From positions 1,067 to 65,066 of the forward strand of contig JBGSYJ010000241.1 of assembly GCA_041750915.1 (NCBI GenBank): a DNA stretch of 64,000 nucleotides, in the 5' to 3' direction. The notes under the pieces are model-generated. The model did no database searches. It had not been told where the DNA came from and was given only the letters and a program-made list of their open reading frames with translations. Source of the stretch: Thermoanaerobaculia bacterium. GTDB lineage: Bacteria > Acidobacteriota > Thermoanaerobaculia > Gp7-AA8. Position numbers and translations under genes: made by a program. Positions 1-9,912 of this stretch are shown here, piece after piece (within the stretch, counting starts at the first letter, position 1; each line of letters starts with the position of its first letter).

Positions 1-492
1 TCGAGCCGTCGTCACGAAGCAGCGGCGTCCACATCTTGACCGGCACACGGCCGCGGTCGAGCACGGAATGAATGGGCATGGTTTGGTCTCGTCAGATCAG
101 AACACCAAAAACGCGTCAGCCGGGATCGTTATGCCGCTGCCCCGCGCCGATGTGAACTTCTCGTGCACATTCCGCTTCGCGCGCAACTATCTACGTCTCG
201 CTTCGTAGCCCAGTGTGTGGAGGGAGCAAGATGCCGATATCCGAGGTAGACAGACAGGACTGGCAGAAATGTATTGGGGACGAGCGCTTCACGTCGCTCG
301 AAGCGATGAGGCGCGATCTCGTAAGCGGACCCGGCGGCCATGAGAACTACCACGCCTGGGAGTGTCTCAATTGCGGATCGTGGCATCTCGAGACGACCCA
401 GGCGCCCGCGATCCGGTCGCACTGAGTGCAGAAGAATTGGCCGCGGCGGTTAGAGTCTTGATCAGCTCCAGCTGTCCGCCGCGAAACAACCT

Positions 493-840
493 CCCCCTCT
501 CCCCAGGGAGAGGGGTGGCGAGCGCCAGCGAGCCGGGGTGAGGGCTCAGGTGGCTTTGCGGGACTGGATCTCTCTGATCATCTGTCGATCCGGATCGCGG
601 CTTGATTGAGATCATCCAGCTCTTTCGTTGCGAAGTCGCAGAACGGTCAGGCCGCGTGCTTCGAGGAATGTCGTGCGTTCGTTGTCGTGCGCGATCTGCT
701 TTTCATCGAGGTGCTGTATTCCGTCGCGCTCGATGACGAGATTCAGCTCTTCGCAGAAGAAGTCAGGGTAGAGCAGGGTTTCATTTAGCTGGGCCCTCAC
801 CCCGGCTCGCTGCGCTCGCCACCCCTCTCCCTCGGGGAGA
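493..840. repeat. Pair of ~45-bp GC-rich inverted repeats (each with an internal cccctctcccc/ggggagagggg palindrome) flanking a ~250-bp segment that carries a DUF559 remnant
   Basis: Read directly: 493-537 cctccccctctccccagggagaggggtggcgagcgccagcgagccggggtgaggg matches the reverse complement of 793-840 with 1-2 indels. Confidence 0.7.
612..770 (-). pseudogene. DUF559 (Vsr-like endonuclease fold) C-terminal fragment; the N-terminal ~40 aa are replaced by translated repeat sequence (PLPEGEGW)
   Basis: ORF 612..908 contains YPDFFCEELNLVIERDGIQHLDEKQIAHDNERTTFLEARGLTVLRL, which matches the DUF559 C-terminal consensus. The upstream part of the ORF is the translated inverted repeat and overlaps the vapC 3' end. 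Confidence 0.5.
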
Positions 841-858
841 GGGGAATTGTGTCTCGTG

Positions 859-1260
859 TCAATGGAACCAGTTTTCCACCTGCAGCCCGGGGACGCGCCG
901 GAATTCACGTTCGTTGTTCGTCACGAGCACCAGTTTCCGCGAAACCGCCTGGGAGGCGATTAGCGTATCGAGCGGGCCGATTGGAGTGCCGGCGCGTTCA
1001 AGCTTCGCTCTTATCTGGGCGTACGCGATTGCATCGACCGACGTGAACTCGACGATCGTAAGAGGCTTGAGAAAATTCTCGATGAGCCGAAGGGTCTTGA
1101 TCGGTGAGGAGCTCTTCGCCCCACCGGTTCTGAGCTCGGCTTCCGACACGACACTGATGGCAGTTTCATCCCGGCTCGTCGAGAGAAGCCGGTCGAGAAC
1201 GGCTGGATTGTGTTTGAGCGCGTAGATGCATGTGTCCGTGTCGAGCAGGAACCTCATCTC
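859..1260 (-). CDS. vapC: VapC PIN-domain toxin
   Basis: MRFLLDTDTCIY...VTNNEREFRRVPGLQVENW has PIN-domain acidic residues. The start overlaps the vapB stop (ATGA). The listed ORF start at 1356 is an upstream in-frame extension. Confidence 0.8.
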   Translation of the reverse strand, partial: EMRFLLDTDTCIYALKHNPAVLDRLLSTSRDETAISVVSEAELRTGGAKSSSPIKTLRLIENFLKPLTIVEFTSVDAIAYAQIRAKLERAGTPIGPLDTLIASQAVSRKLVLVTNNEREFRRVPGLQVENWFH

Positions 1261-1501
1261 ACAGCTTTCGCCGCGTCTCGACCTCGCCCTGAGGCGGCCG
1301 CTCGAAGTCTTCCGGCAAGCCGGCAAACGACTCGGCATAACCTTCAGGCCAGGCATCGCTGGGTTCGAGAATGATCGACGAACCCTCCCGTCGCACGAGA
1401 ACCGTATCGCCGTCGAAGCGGAACTCTTTCGGCAGGCGAACTGCCTGACTTCGTCCGGTCCAGAATACGCTTGCCTTCTTCGGTTTCATGTCATTCACCA
1501 A
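1259..1501 (-). CDS. vapB: VapB/AbrB-MazE-type antitoxin
   Basis: 80-aa protein. SVFWTGRSQAVRLPKEFRFDGDTVLVRREGSSIILEP is a SpoVT/AbrB swapped-hairpin motif. It lies immediately upstream of vapC and is translationally coupled to it. Confidence 0.75.
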   Translation of the reverse strand: MVNDMKPKKASVFWTGRSQAVRLPKEFRFDGDTVLVRREGSSIILEPSDAWPEGYAESFAGLPEDFERPPQGEVETRRKL

Positions 1502-1734
1502 TGGTACCTACTCATGATAGGTATCAACGGTGGATCCGTCAAGGCGCCTGTCCGAATAAAGTCATCACGGAGAAACAAATGGAAGGCGCGGAAGTGGAGA
1601 TTGGCTGGGGCTGGTGGACGATTTTCGAACAGCTGTTTTGGCCTCACTTGGGTAGATGCGCGAGCCGTCCGGTGTGGGGCAAACCATTGAAACGAAGACT
1701 ATTTTTGGACGCTGCGCACCCCAGCAGTCGGAAT

Positions 1735-1862
1735 GGCTTCGTTTCGAAAAATGCCAGGGTCGATGACCGGTTTGGCTTCGTTTCGAAATCTCAGGGTCAA
1801 TGACCAGTTTGGCTTCGTTTCGAAATCCCAAGGTCAATGACCAGTTTGGCTTCGTTTCGTAA
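1735..1862. repeat. Tandem direct repeat, 37-39 bp unit x ~3.4 (ggcttcgtttcgaaatc[tc/cc]a[ag]ggtcaatgaccagttt)
   Basis: Read directly. Copies start at 1735, 1774, 1811 and 1848. Both halves of each unit are conserved, so this is not a CRISPR array. Confidence 0.8.
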
Positions 1863-1965
1863 TTGGGCCACTGCACGATAGCTCCATTGCCCTCAATCTC
1901 GCTTCGATCGAAGAGTCGGCCCTGTGCCACGGCTAAAGTCCGTGACACAGGGGGCCGCCCCCCCG

Positions 1966-2718
1966 CTATGAGGCGGGTTCACCCTCGCCGGCACCGTGGA
2001 CCGTTAAGTCCATAGCGATCGGGGCAGTTACTGAACGATCTCCAGCACGAATTCGCTTGAGGCGCTCGAGCTCGTGCAGGGCCTTGTACATCGAATTCTC
2101 GAGTTGAGTCTCGTAACGGAGCATCTTCGAGTGAGGCACTTCCGCAGCCAGCGCCGCGGCTGGATCCACTGCATGTCCACCGCTGTCCTCTCCGAAAAAC
2201 GACTCCATGTTCGTTGAGAACCTATCGAGAAGCCCGGACAAAGCATCCATGTCGACGGTGGTTTTGAAGCCGTCTGCCGTCGTCAGTTCGCGAATGATTT
2301 CCGGCAGCGTCCGTACAGCGCCGCGCAGGTCGCCCGGGTTGAGCTTGTTGCCATCTGAATTCATATCCGGAAAAGTGATCTTGTAAAGGTCCAGGGGCGA
2401 AAGACCCTTCGTCCTTATGCTCCCCACGGTCTGCTGCGGCGCATCCAGACTGGCACCCTGTAACTTGACGAGACGTTGAAGACGTGTCGCAGCGAGAGCC
2501 GCCCGCTGAACATACAGACTCTCAATCAATCCAGCGGGTCTCACCTCGGCCATCAGTCCGGCGAGCATTTCGTTGTAGCCGGTGTGAAAATCTACTTTGT
2601 TGGGTTGAGCGGACGTCAACCCATGCTTGAGTGCATTCTGGCTTGTAGTTTCGGTGGCCTTTGGCCCCGTTGAAAGAGCCGCATTTCTTCTATTCGCTGC
2701 AGTTTTTTTCTTGGTCAT
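1966..2718 (-). CDS. Hypothetical protein (250 aa), no recognisable domain
   Basis: Long ORF in a plausible coding frame. The low-complexity Thr/Ala N-terminus is followed by a globular part. Confidence 0.4.
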   Translation of the reverse strand: MTKKKTAANRRNAALSTGPKATETTSQNALKHGLTSAQPNKVDFHTGYNEMLAGLMAEVRPAGLIESLYVQRAALAATRLQRLVKLQGASLDAPQQTVGSIRTKGLSPLDLYKITFPDMNSDGNKLNPGDLRGAVRTLPEIIRELTTADGFKTTVDMDALSGLLDRFSTNMESFFGEDSGGHAVDPAAALAAEVPHSKMLRYETQLENSMYKALHELERLKRIRAGDRSVTAPIAMDLTVHGAGEGEPAS

Positions 2719-4049
2719 AATATCCTCGATAGTGCTGGAGTCGACGCCGCCCTGACCTATGTGCCGGGAACGCCAACGCAGCTGTTTGATGGTTATTGTT
2801 CTGCGAGAAGCTTTTCAACGATTGAAACTTGCTGAAGTCTTTTCGCGTGGTCGCAAATTAACGAGAGGCTGGAACCTCTGATCGCAAAAGAGACGGGGCT
2901 CTTGTCACGGCGATCTGGATCTCGCCTTTGGGACCTGAACCCAATACCAACGGGTCGTTCTTGCTTTGGATGTGATTGTCATCGTGTTCTCTCCTTGGTC
3001 TAACGAGGGGGTTCAGAGTCGGCGAAAGCACTCAAACGCTGAGTTGTCAGACCGGACTCGCCTATGAATTGGGAAAACCAGAACCCCGTGGGGTCTCACT
3101 CTTCGAAGTGAAGAGTTCGTCCAGTGCGATAGTTCAGGCTCCTCTACAGATACAAAGAGTTTCGGACCTGTCGAAACCACGAAAACGCTGACTTGAGAGT
3201 TCGGACTCTTGCTGATAGGTGGGCAGCCGGGTCCCCGGTGGATCCGTTGGACTTCAACCGGCGCTATATGCGGGCGCGGGATAGGACGAACTGGCGATTC
3301 TACTGAGGTCAGACGACGCACAACTTGGTACGTCGAACAGACGGCTCATCTCTGATGGTTCGAAGGGACTTTCCGCAAACACCCCACCTCTGCTGGTCCC
3401 GCAGTCCGCGCCATAGTGGGACGCTCTCCCCGAGTGCGTCGATCGTTGGTCAACGTGGCTGACCGACCCGATCCCGTAGCCATCGAAACCGATCTGACCG
3501 GCGATTACCCGCCGAATTGCCCCTTCAGCAGCGGGGATCGAGAACACTCGCAAATGGGGACTCAACCCCGACTCTCTACGCCATCCTCACTCCGGCACCG
3601 GCTAATGGCGTATTCGCGTGCGGCGCGCTCAGCGAGCACACTTTCAAACCGCAGTACGTTGCTAGCGCTGGCATCTGCTAGTCGGTATTCCAACCGTGGT
3701 CGCTCAGTCGAACTCGAACCGACTGAGGAGCCAAGAGCACACACTTTCGAGACCCTGCGGTCGATCCTGTCCAACCGTCTTTGTTGGTTAGTAAGGGATG
3801 ATTCTGACGGGCAAAAACCTCATTCGAAAGGATGACGCGGTGGGCGATTGAATCGAGGCAGAGTTTTGCTTCCCCCGCAGATGCTGACGCTCAGACGATG
3901 GGGGACAATGATGAGTGATCACTTTTCTCGGGCGACCCACGAGCTATGACGTGAGGTACCCCAGAGAATCCGCCAGTGTTACCCTAGGCCCGCCGTCCGA
4001 TTTGCAGCAGGTTCTGAACCGTTTCCGCACCCTGCTCGAACCTCCGTCA

Positions 4050-6503
4050 ATGAACAAGAAAGACCTAACCGAACGCGACATCTGCACCAAGTACATCACT
4101 CCCGCCCTCGCAACCGCCGGCTGGGATGTGATGACGCAGGTACGCGAGCAGGTGCACTTCACGAAGGGCCGCATCATCGTGCGCGGTAAGCTCGTCACGC
4201 GTGCCAAATCCAGCTTTGCGGACTACATTCTTTATCACAAGCCGAATCTGCCCATCGCGATCATTGAGGCGAAGGACAACAGCTACCCTGTGGGCGGGGG
4301 CATGCAGCAGGGACTGCGCTACGCGGAGACGCTCGATATTCCTTTCGTTTTCTCCAGCAATGGAGACGGCTTCGTCTTTCATGACCGCACTGGGCTCTCT
4401 CAGAAGATCGAGACAGAGCTCCCGCTGGATCAGTTTCCGTCACCGCAGGAGCTCTGGGAGCGATACCGTCGCTGGAAGGGCTTCGCGCCATCTGAAGAAG
4501 AGACCGTTCTGCAGAAGTACTACGACGTTCCGGGCGGCAAAGAGCCCCGCTACTACCAGCGCGTTGCGATCAACAAGACCGTCGAGGCCATCGCTCGCGG
4601 GCAGAACCGCATCCTGCTCGTAATGGCAACGGGCACGGGCAAGACCTTCACTGCCTTCCAGACGATCTGGCGTCTCTGGAAGGCAGGAAAGAAAAGGCGA
4701 ATCCTCTTTCTCACAGACCGCAACATCCTCGCTGATCAGACGATGGTCAACGACTTCCGGCCCTTCGGAGGGGCGATGGCGAAGCTCAGCACCTCTTCGA
4801 AGACCATCGAGCGCGAAGACGGCACGAAGGTCGAACTCACGACCGCACTCGACAAGAATCGCCGCATCGACACATCGTATGAGATCTACCTCGCGCTGTA
4901 TCAGGCGATCACAGGACCTCTCGAGAGCCAGAAGCTCTATCGCGAGCTCTCGCGCGACTTCTTTGATCTCATCGTCATCGACGAGTGTCACCGCGGCAGC
5001 GCCGCAGAGGACTCCGCGTGGCGCGAGATCCTCGACTACTTTTCTGCCGCAACCCAGATCGGGCTGACCGCCACCCCGAAGGAAACCGAGTATGTCTCGA
5101 ACATCGAGTACTTCGGGGAGCCGCTCTACACCTATTCGCTGAAGCAGGGAATCCATGACGGCTTCCTCGCGCCCTACAAGGTCATCAAGGTTCATCTCGA
5201 TGTCGATGTCGAGGGCTATCGCCCCACGCCCGGCGAGAAGGACAAGTACGGCGAGGAGATCACCGACCAGATCTACAACCAGAAGGACTTCGACCGTACG
5301 TTCGTCATTGACGAGAGGACGAAGCGTGCTGCCCGGAAGGTCACAGAGTTTCTTAAACAGTCAGGCGATCCGTATCAGAAGACTATCGTCTTCTGTGTAG
5401 ATACCGAACACGCCGCGCGCATGCGACAGGCGCTGATCAACGAGAACGCCGCAGAGGTTATGAAGAATGAAAAATACGTCATGCGGATCACCGGCGACGA
5501 TCCCGTAGGGTCCGCCGAGGTGAGTAACTTCATCGATCCGGAATCGCGGTATCCGGTGATCGTCACAACTTCACGGCTCCTGTCGACCGGCGTCGACGCC
5601 CAGACCTGCCGGCTCATCGTGCTGGAGCGCGAGGTCGGATCCATGACCGAGTTCAAGCAGATCCTCGGGCGCGGCACACGCGTCCACGAAGATTCGAAAA
5701 AGTACTACTTCACGCTGATGGACTTCCGCAAAGCGACGAACCACTTCGCCGATCCCGACTTCGACGGCGAGCCTGTGCAGATCTACACGCCGGGCAAGAG
5801 CGATCCCATGACACCGCCGGACGTCGCTCCTTCTCCCGATGGAGAGCGCATCCCTCCGACACCAGGCGAGGATGAAACCGTCCTGATCACACCGGAGAGT
5901 CCCAACGTCGACATCCTCGACTCTCCCGACGCTGCTCGCAAGTACTACGTGGACGGCCGTCCCGTAAAGGTCATCGCGGAACGCGTTGAGTATCTCGACG
6001 AGAACGGGAAGCTGGTTACCGAGAGCCTGCGCGATTACTCGAAGAAGACCATCCGCAAGTGCTTCAGAAGCCTCGATGCGTTTCTCCGACGGTGGCGCTC
6101 CGATGAGCTGAAGGAAGCAATCATCACCGAGCTCGAGAGCGAAGGTTTGCTCCTCGAGCCGCTCGCCGAGGAAGTCGGGACGAACCTCGATCCATTCGAC
6201 CTGATCTGCCACGTCGCCTTCGACCAGCCGCCGCTCAGTCGCCGCGAGCGCGCAAGAAACGTAGAGAAGCGTGACATCTTCACAAAGTACGGTCCGCAGG
6301 CGCGCGCCGTCCTCGAGGCGCTCGTGCAAAAATACGAGGACGAGGGCATCATCGACATGCGCGACGCCCGCATTCTGAAGATCCCGCCGTTCGCCTCGAT
6401 GGGAACACCGCTGGAGCTGTTGAAAGAGTTTGGAGGGCTGCCCAATTACGAGGCGGCAGTCCGCGAGATTCAGTCCGCACTCTATGAAAAGGAAGTCTCC
6501 TGA
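4050..6503 (+). CDS. hsdR: Type I restriction enzyme R subunit (HsdR), SF2 helicase/endonuclease
   Basis: N-terminal MNKKDLTERDICTKYITPALATAGWD. Nuclease motif QQGLRYAETLDIPFVFSSNGDGFVFHD. Helicase motif I LVMATGTGKTFTAFQ. Motif II IDECHRGS. The start was moved to the internal Met at 4050. The stop abuts hsdM. Confidence 0.9.
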   Translation: MNKKDLTERDICTKYITPALATAGWDVMTQVREQVHFTKGRIIVRGKLVTRAKSSFADYILYHKPNLPIAIIEAKDNSYPVGGGMQQGLRYAETLDIPFVFSSNGDGFVFHDRTGLSQKIETELPLDQFPSPQELWERYRRWKGFAPSEEETVLQKYYDVPGGKEPRYYQRVAINKTVEAIARGQNRILLVMATGTGKTFTAFQTIWRLWKAGKKRRILFLTDRNILADQTMVNDFRPFGGAMAKLSTSSKTIEREDGTKVELTTALDKNRRIDTSYEIYLALYQAITGPLESQKLYRELSRDFFDLIVIDECHRGSAAEDSAWREILDYFSAATQIGLTATPKETEYVSNIEYFGEPLYTYSLKQGIHDGFLAPYKVIKVHLDVDVEGYRPTPGEKDKYGEEITDQIYNQKDFDRTFVIDERTKRAARKVTEFLKQSGDPYQKTIVFCVDTEHAARMRQALINENAAEVMKNEKYVMRITGDDPVGSAEVSNFIDPESRYPVIVTTSRLLSTGVDAQTCRLIVLEREVGSMTEFKQILGRGTRVHEDSKKYYFTLMDFRKATNHFADPDFDGEPVQIYTPGKSDPMTPPDVAPSPDGERIPPTPGEDETVLITPESPNVDILDSPDAARKYYVDGRPVKVIAERVEYLDENGKLVTESLRDYSKKTIRKCFRSLDAFLRRWRSDELKEAIITELESEGLLLEPLAEEVGTNLDPFDLICHVAFDQPPLSRRERARNVEKRDIFTKYGPQARAVLEALVQKYEDEGIIDMRDARILKIPPFASMGTPLELLKEFGGLPNYEAAVREIQSALYEKEVS

Positions 6504-6505
6504 CC

Positions 6506-7939
6506 ATGTCCGTTCGCGCCGCCGTCAAGTCGATTCAGGACATCATGCGGAAAGATTCAGGTGTCGACGGCGACGCCCAGCGCATCTCGCAGCTCTCCTG
6601 GATGTTCTTTCTCAAGATCATCGACGACCAGGACCAGGAGCTGGGGCTGATGCAGAAAGGCTACGACTCTCCCATTCCTCCGAGTCTCCAGTGGCGCGCC
6701 TGGGCCGCCGACCCGGAGGGAATGACCGGTGAGCAACTCCTCGGGTTTGTCAACGGCGAGCTCTTTCCCGCGTTGAAGGAGTTGACGGGCACCGACGGCC
6801 GTTCGCGCGTGGTCCGCAGCGTCTTCGAGGATGCGTACAACTACATGAAGTCCGGCCAGTTGATGCGCCAGATGATCAACAAGATCACGACCATCGACTT
6901 CAACAACCTCGCGGAGAAGCAGCACTTCGGCGAGATCTATGAGCAGATCCTCAACGACCTCCAGAGCGCCGGGAATGCCGGGGAGTACTACACGCCGCGG
7001 GCGGTCACGGCATTCATGGCCAATCGCATCGATCCGAGGCCGGGCGAGATCCTCTTCGATCCCGCGTGCGGCACCGGCGGCTTCCTCACCTGCGCCATCC
7101 GCCACATGCGCGAGCGCTACGTCAAGACAGCGAATGATGAGCACACGATGCAGAACGCGCTGCGGGCGACGGAGAAAAAGCAGCTCCCGCACATGCTCTG
7201 CGTGACGAACATGCTGCTTCACGGCATCGACGATCCATCGTTCGTCAAGCATGACAACACCCTGGCGCGCCCGTACACGAGCTACACGCAGGCCGACCGC
7301 GTGGACATCGTCCTCACCAATCCGCCGTTCGGAGGGAAGGAAGAGGATGGGATCGAGAGCAACTTCCCGAAACACTTCCAGACGCGAGAGACGGCGGACC
7401 TCTTCCTCGCGCTGATCGTGCGCCTGCTGAAGAGCGGAGGCCGCGCCGCAATGGTTCTTCCGGATGGAACGCTCTTCGGCGAGGGAGTAAAGACCCGGCT
7501 CAAGCAGCACCTGCTAGAGGAATGCAACCTACACACGATCGTCCGCCTGCCGAACAGCGTGTTCAAGCCATACGCCTCGATCGGCACGAATCTGCTCTTC
7601 TTCGAGAAAGGCACGCCGACGAGGGAGATCTGGTACTACGAGCATCGAGTGCCTGAAGGGCAGAAGGCGTACTCGATGACGAAGCCAATCCGTCTCGAGC
7701 ATCTCCAGCCATGCATCGACTGGTGGGACGCACGCGAGGAGAGCGAACTCGCCTGGAAGGTGACGATCGAAGAAATCAAGGGGCGCAACTACAACCTCGA
7801 CATCAAGAACCCGCACGAAGTCGAGGACGTCCACGGAGATCCGGAAGAGTTACTCGCGAGGCTCGAGGAGTCCGAGCAGCAAGCGGTGGCAATTCGAAGT
7901 GAGCTTAAAGCGATTCTCGAAGAGGCTTTGCGGCGATGA
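6506..7939 (+). CDS. hsdM: Type I R-M N6-adenine DNA methyltransferase subunit (HsdM)
   Basis: N-terminal HsdM_N-like region. AdoMet motif FDPACGTGGFL. Catalytic NPPFGG motif. There is a 4-nt overlap with hsdS. Confidence 0.9.
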   Translation: MSVRAAVKSIQDIMRKDSGVDGDAQRISQLSWMFFLKIIDDQDQELGLMQKGYDSPIPPSLQWRAWAADPEGMTGEQLLGFVNGELFPALKELTGTDGRSRVVRSVFEDAYNYMKSGQLMRQMINKITTIDFNNLAEKQHFGEIYEQILNDLQSAGNAGEYYTPRAVTAFMANRIDPRPGEILFDPACGTGGFLTCAIRHMRERYVKTANDEHTMQNALRATEKKQLPHMLCVTNMLLHGIDDPSFVKHDNTLARPYTSYTQADRVDIVLTNPPFGGKEEDGIESNFPKHFQTRETADLFLALIVRLLKSGGRAAMVLPDGTLFGEGVKTRLKQHLLEECNLHTIVRLPNSVFKPYASIGTNLLFFEKGTPTREIWYYEHRVPEGQKAYSMTKPIRLEHLQPCIDWWDAREESELAWKVTIEEIKGRNYNLDIKNPHEVEDVHGDPEELLARLEESEQQAVAIRSELKAILEEALRR

Positions 7940-8775
7940 ACGCTTCACAACTGCTTGAGCAATTTGATCGAATCAGCGAGGCCCCGGATGCGGTGCAGAG
8001 CATCAGAGCTTTTGTTTTGGATCTCGCGGTTCGCGGAAAGCTTGTAGGGCAGAGCAGCAGCGAAGAGCCCGCCTCTCAGCTCTTGAAACGCATTCGAAAA
8101 GAGCGTTTCACGCGCGTGCCACAATCACGACCAGTGACCCCGGTTGGCCGCGAGGAAATTCCATTCGAAGTGCCACCGAATTGGGAGTGGACGCGTTTAC
8201 TAGAGTTGCTCGTAAAGCTCACAGACGGTACACACCACTCGCCGCCGAATGGCCCCGAAGGTGCGTTCAGGTACATCACCGCAAAAAACATCAAGACTGA
8301 TGGAGTGCTGCTGGCAAATGTCTCGTATGTGACGGCAGAGGTTCATCGTGAGATCTATGCACGTTGCAATCCCGAGAAGGGAGATATCCTTTACATCAAA
8401 GACGGCGCGACGACGGGAGTGGCGACGATAAACGACCTCGATGAGCCGTTCAGTATGCTTTCGAGCGTCGCGCTTCTGAAGTTGACGTCGGGTGTTTACA
8501 ATCGCCTCCTGCTTTGCTTCTTGCGATCACCGTTTTTCTATTCGCAGATGCGGGAGCTAATGAAAGGAGCCGCGATAACGCGAGTCACCCTCAAACGTAT
8601 GTCGCCTGCGCTGGTTCCTTTGCCGCCGTTGGCCGAACAGCACCGAATCGTCGCCAGAGTGGATGAAGTAATGGCGCTCTGCGATCAGTTGGAATCGGCG
8701 CAGAGAAATAGAGCAACACTGCTTGCCAACCTTCTTGAATCGACTCTGCATCGTTTGTTGGCCGATTCTAGCTAG
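7936..8775 (+). CDS. hsdS: Type I R-M specificity subunit, half-size (single TRD flanked by conserved N- and C-terminal helices)
   Basis: 279 aa. N-terminal conserved region LDLAVRGKLV, one target-recognition domain, and C-terminal conserved helix LPPLAEQHRIVARVDEVMALCDQLE. Typical HsdS proteins are ~400-450 aa with two TRDs. Confidence 0.75.
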   Translation: MNASQLLEQFDRISEAPDAVQSIRAFVLDLAVRGKLVGQSSSEEPASQLLKRIRKERFTRVPQSRPVTPVGREEIPFEVPPNWEWTRLLELLVKLTDGTHHSPPNGPEGAFRYITAKNIKTDGVLLANVSYVTAEVHREIYARCNPEKGDILYIKDGATTGVATINDLDEPFSMLSSVALLKLTSGVYNRLLLCFLRSPFFYSQMRELMKGAAITRVTLKRMSPALVPLPPLAEQHRIVARVDEVMALCDQLESAQRNRATLLANLLESTLHRLLADSS

Positions 8776-8909
8776 CTAAGCCGGTGAGCTTCCGCTCCAG
8801 TTCTGGCTAACGGACTATGGAGCATCGGCGGTCCTTCTTGATGATTGGGCTTTGGACTGAGACAGAGTCACCAAGATAGTTCCGTCTTCTTAGAACTCAA
8901 TCCGAAGAC

Positions 8910-9731
8910 TTATTCCCGCACAACAGGGAAAATAGGTGCAGCGTCGCTGCGCACAGCAAATCTGACAAGAAGGCGTCGATCCGCAAGTTCGAGCACTATG
9001 CGCTGAATGTCCCGCTTGTCGTGCAGCAGAGCCGGTACCACACTATCGAGCAGATGGAGCCCTTCTTCGAGGAAGTGTTCGATGTCTTCGTCGGTAGGAT
9101 TTGTAATCACTAAATCGATCTCGAGATATTCGTCGCTATTTCTCAAGAAAGCCTTGAAAAGAAAGAGAACCTCGCGCTGGGGCTCGTTCTCCTTCTTCCT
9201 ACGAAGAAGCTGCTTCACTTGTTCTTTCAATGCGCCGTAAGCATCTGAACCGATCTGACCAAAAAACCCGCTGGCAATCGCTCCCGCGAGGAAAGTACCC
9301 CCTAGTGTGAGAATAGTGAGCGGCTCGAGCGCCTTCTTCACTTCCGGTTGCGGCTCGCACCCAAGCGTCGCTTCGATCTTCCGCAAGGTCGTCTGACTTT
9401 GCTCATCACAAAATCCGCGATCGAAAGCGGCGAAAAGCCTTTCGTGACCCGGCTTCCCTAGGGGCATCCTGCGATCACATATAAACGGGACAGGGTCGCC
9501 GTGTGCCCAACACTCAATCTCGGCCTCGACGGCCAACTCTCCGTCGTCAATTTGCTTCACTTCACCCTTCAACACACGGCCTACGGGAGGCAACCTCGGA
9601 TCGTGCTGGACCCAAACGGGCAGCAGTATCCGACTAAGATCGTCAGCCATGAGTCGCAGGCCTTCAGGGGAAATCGACTCGTTATGCGCATCGACGTGAG
9701 TCGTCGCCATGATGATTCTCTGTTTTCTCAT
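8910..9731 (-). CDS. Hypothetical protein with one predicted TM segment (ILTLGGTFLAGAIASGFFGQI)
   Basis: 273-aa ORF convergent with hsdS. No recognisable motif. Confidence 0.4.
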   Translation of the reverse strand: MRKQRIIMATTHVDAHNESISPEGLRLMADDLSRILLPVWVQHDPRLPPVGRVLKGEVKQIDDGELAVEAEIECWAHGDPVPFICDRRMPLGKPGHERLFAAFDRGFCDEQSQTTLRKIEATLGCEPQPEVKKALEPLTILTLGGTFLAGAIASGFFGQIGSDAYGALKEQVKQLLRRKKENEPQREVLFLFKAFLRNSDEYLEIDLVITNPTDEDIEHFLEEGLHLLDSVVPALLHDKRDIQRIVLELADRRLLVRFAVRSDAAPIFPVVRE

Positions 9732-9912
9732 CGCTGATCTCTTGGCTCAACCATTCCATCAACTCTCTCAGGGCTAAGTCCAGAAGGCACTGTTATATTT
9801 CTTGCATCATCTCAAAACAATCCGAGAGCGCTTACCTTGTCGGCCGGCGCCCCCGCTCTATTCGTATCAAGATCGTTGCACTCCAGATCAGACGGAGACA
9901 TGGTAGACAGCG

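Noticed and set aside
1226-1690. 154-aa + strand ORF antisense to vapBC
   Set aside because: It overlaps the well-supported TA pair, and its composition is atypical.
1735-1862. Considered a tiny CRISPR array
   Set aside because: Both the repeat and the spacer portions of each 37-bp unit are conserved between copies. There are no unique spacers and no cas genes.
3655-3745. tRNA-like hairpin (GGTTCGAG T-loop-like motif with ACCA downstream on the minus strand)
   Set aside because: Only a single 8-bp stem-loop can be formed. No D-arm, anticodon arm or acceptor pairing is present, so it is not a tRNA.
3416-3835. 139-aa ORF in the 1.2-kb region upstream of hsdR
   Set aside because: No RBS, a Ser/Arg-rich low-complexity sequence, and competing ORFs on both strands. 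The region is more likely non-coding promoter or leader.
4440-7510. Long antisense ORFs inside hsdR/hsdM (4440..5195-, 5571..6329-, 6557..7510-)
   Set aside because: They lie entirely within strongly supported R-M genes on the opposite strand. Such ORFs are typical high-GC artefacts.
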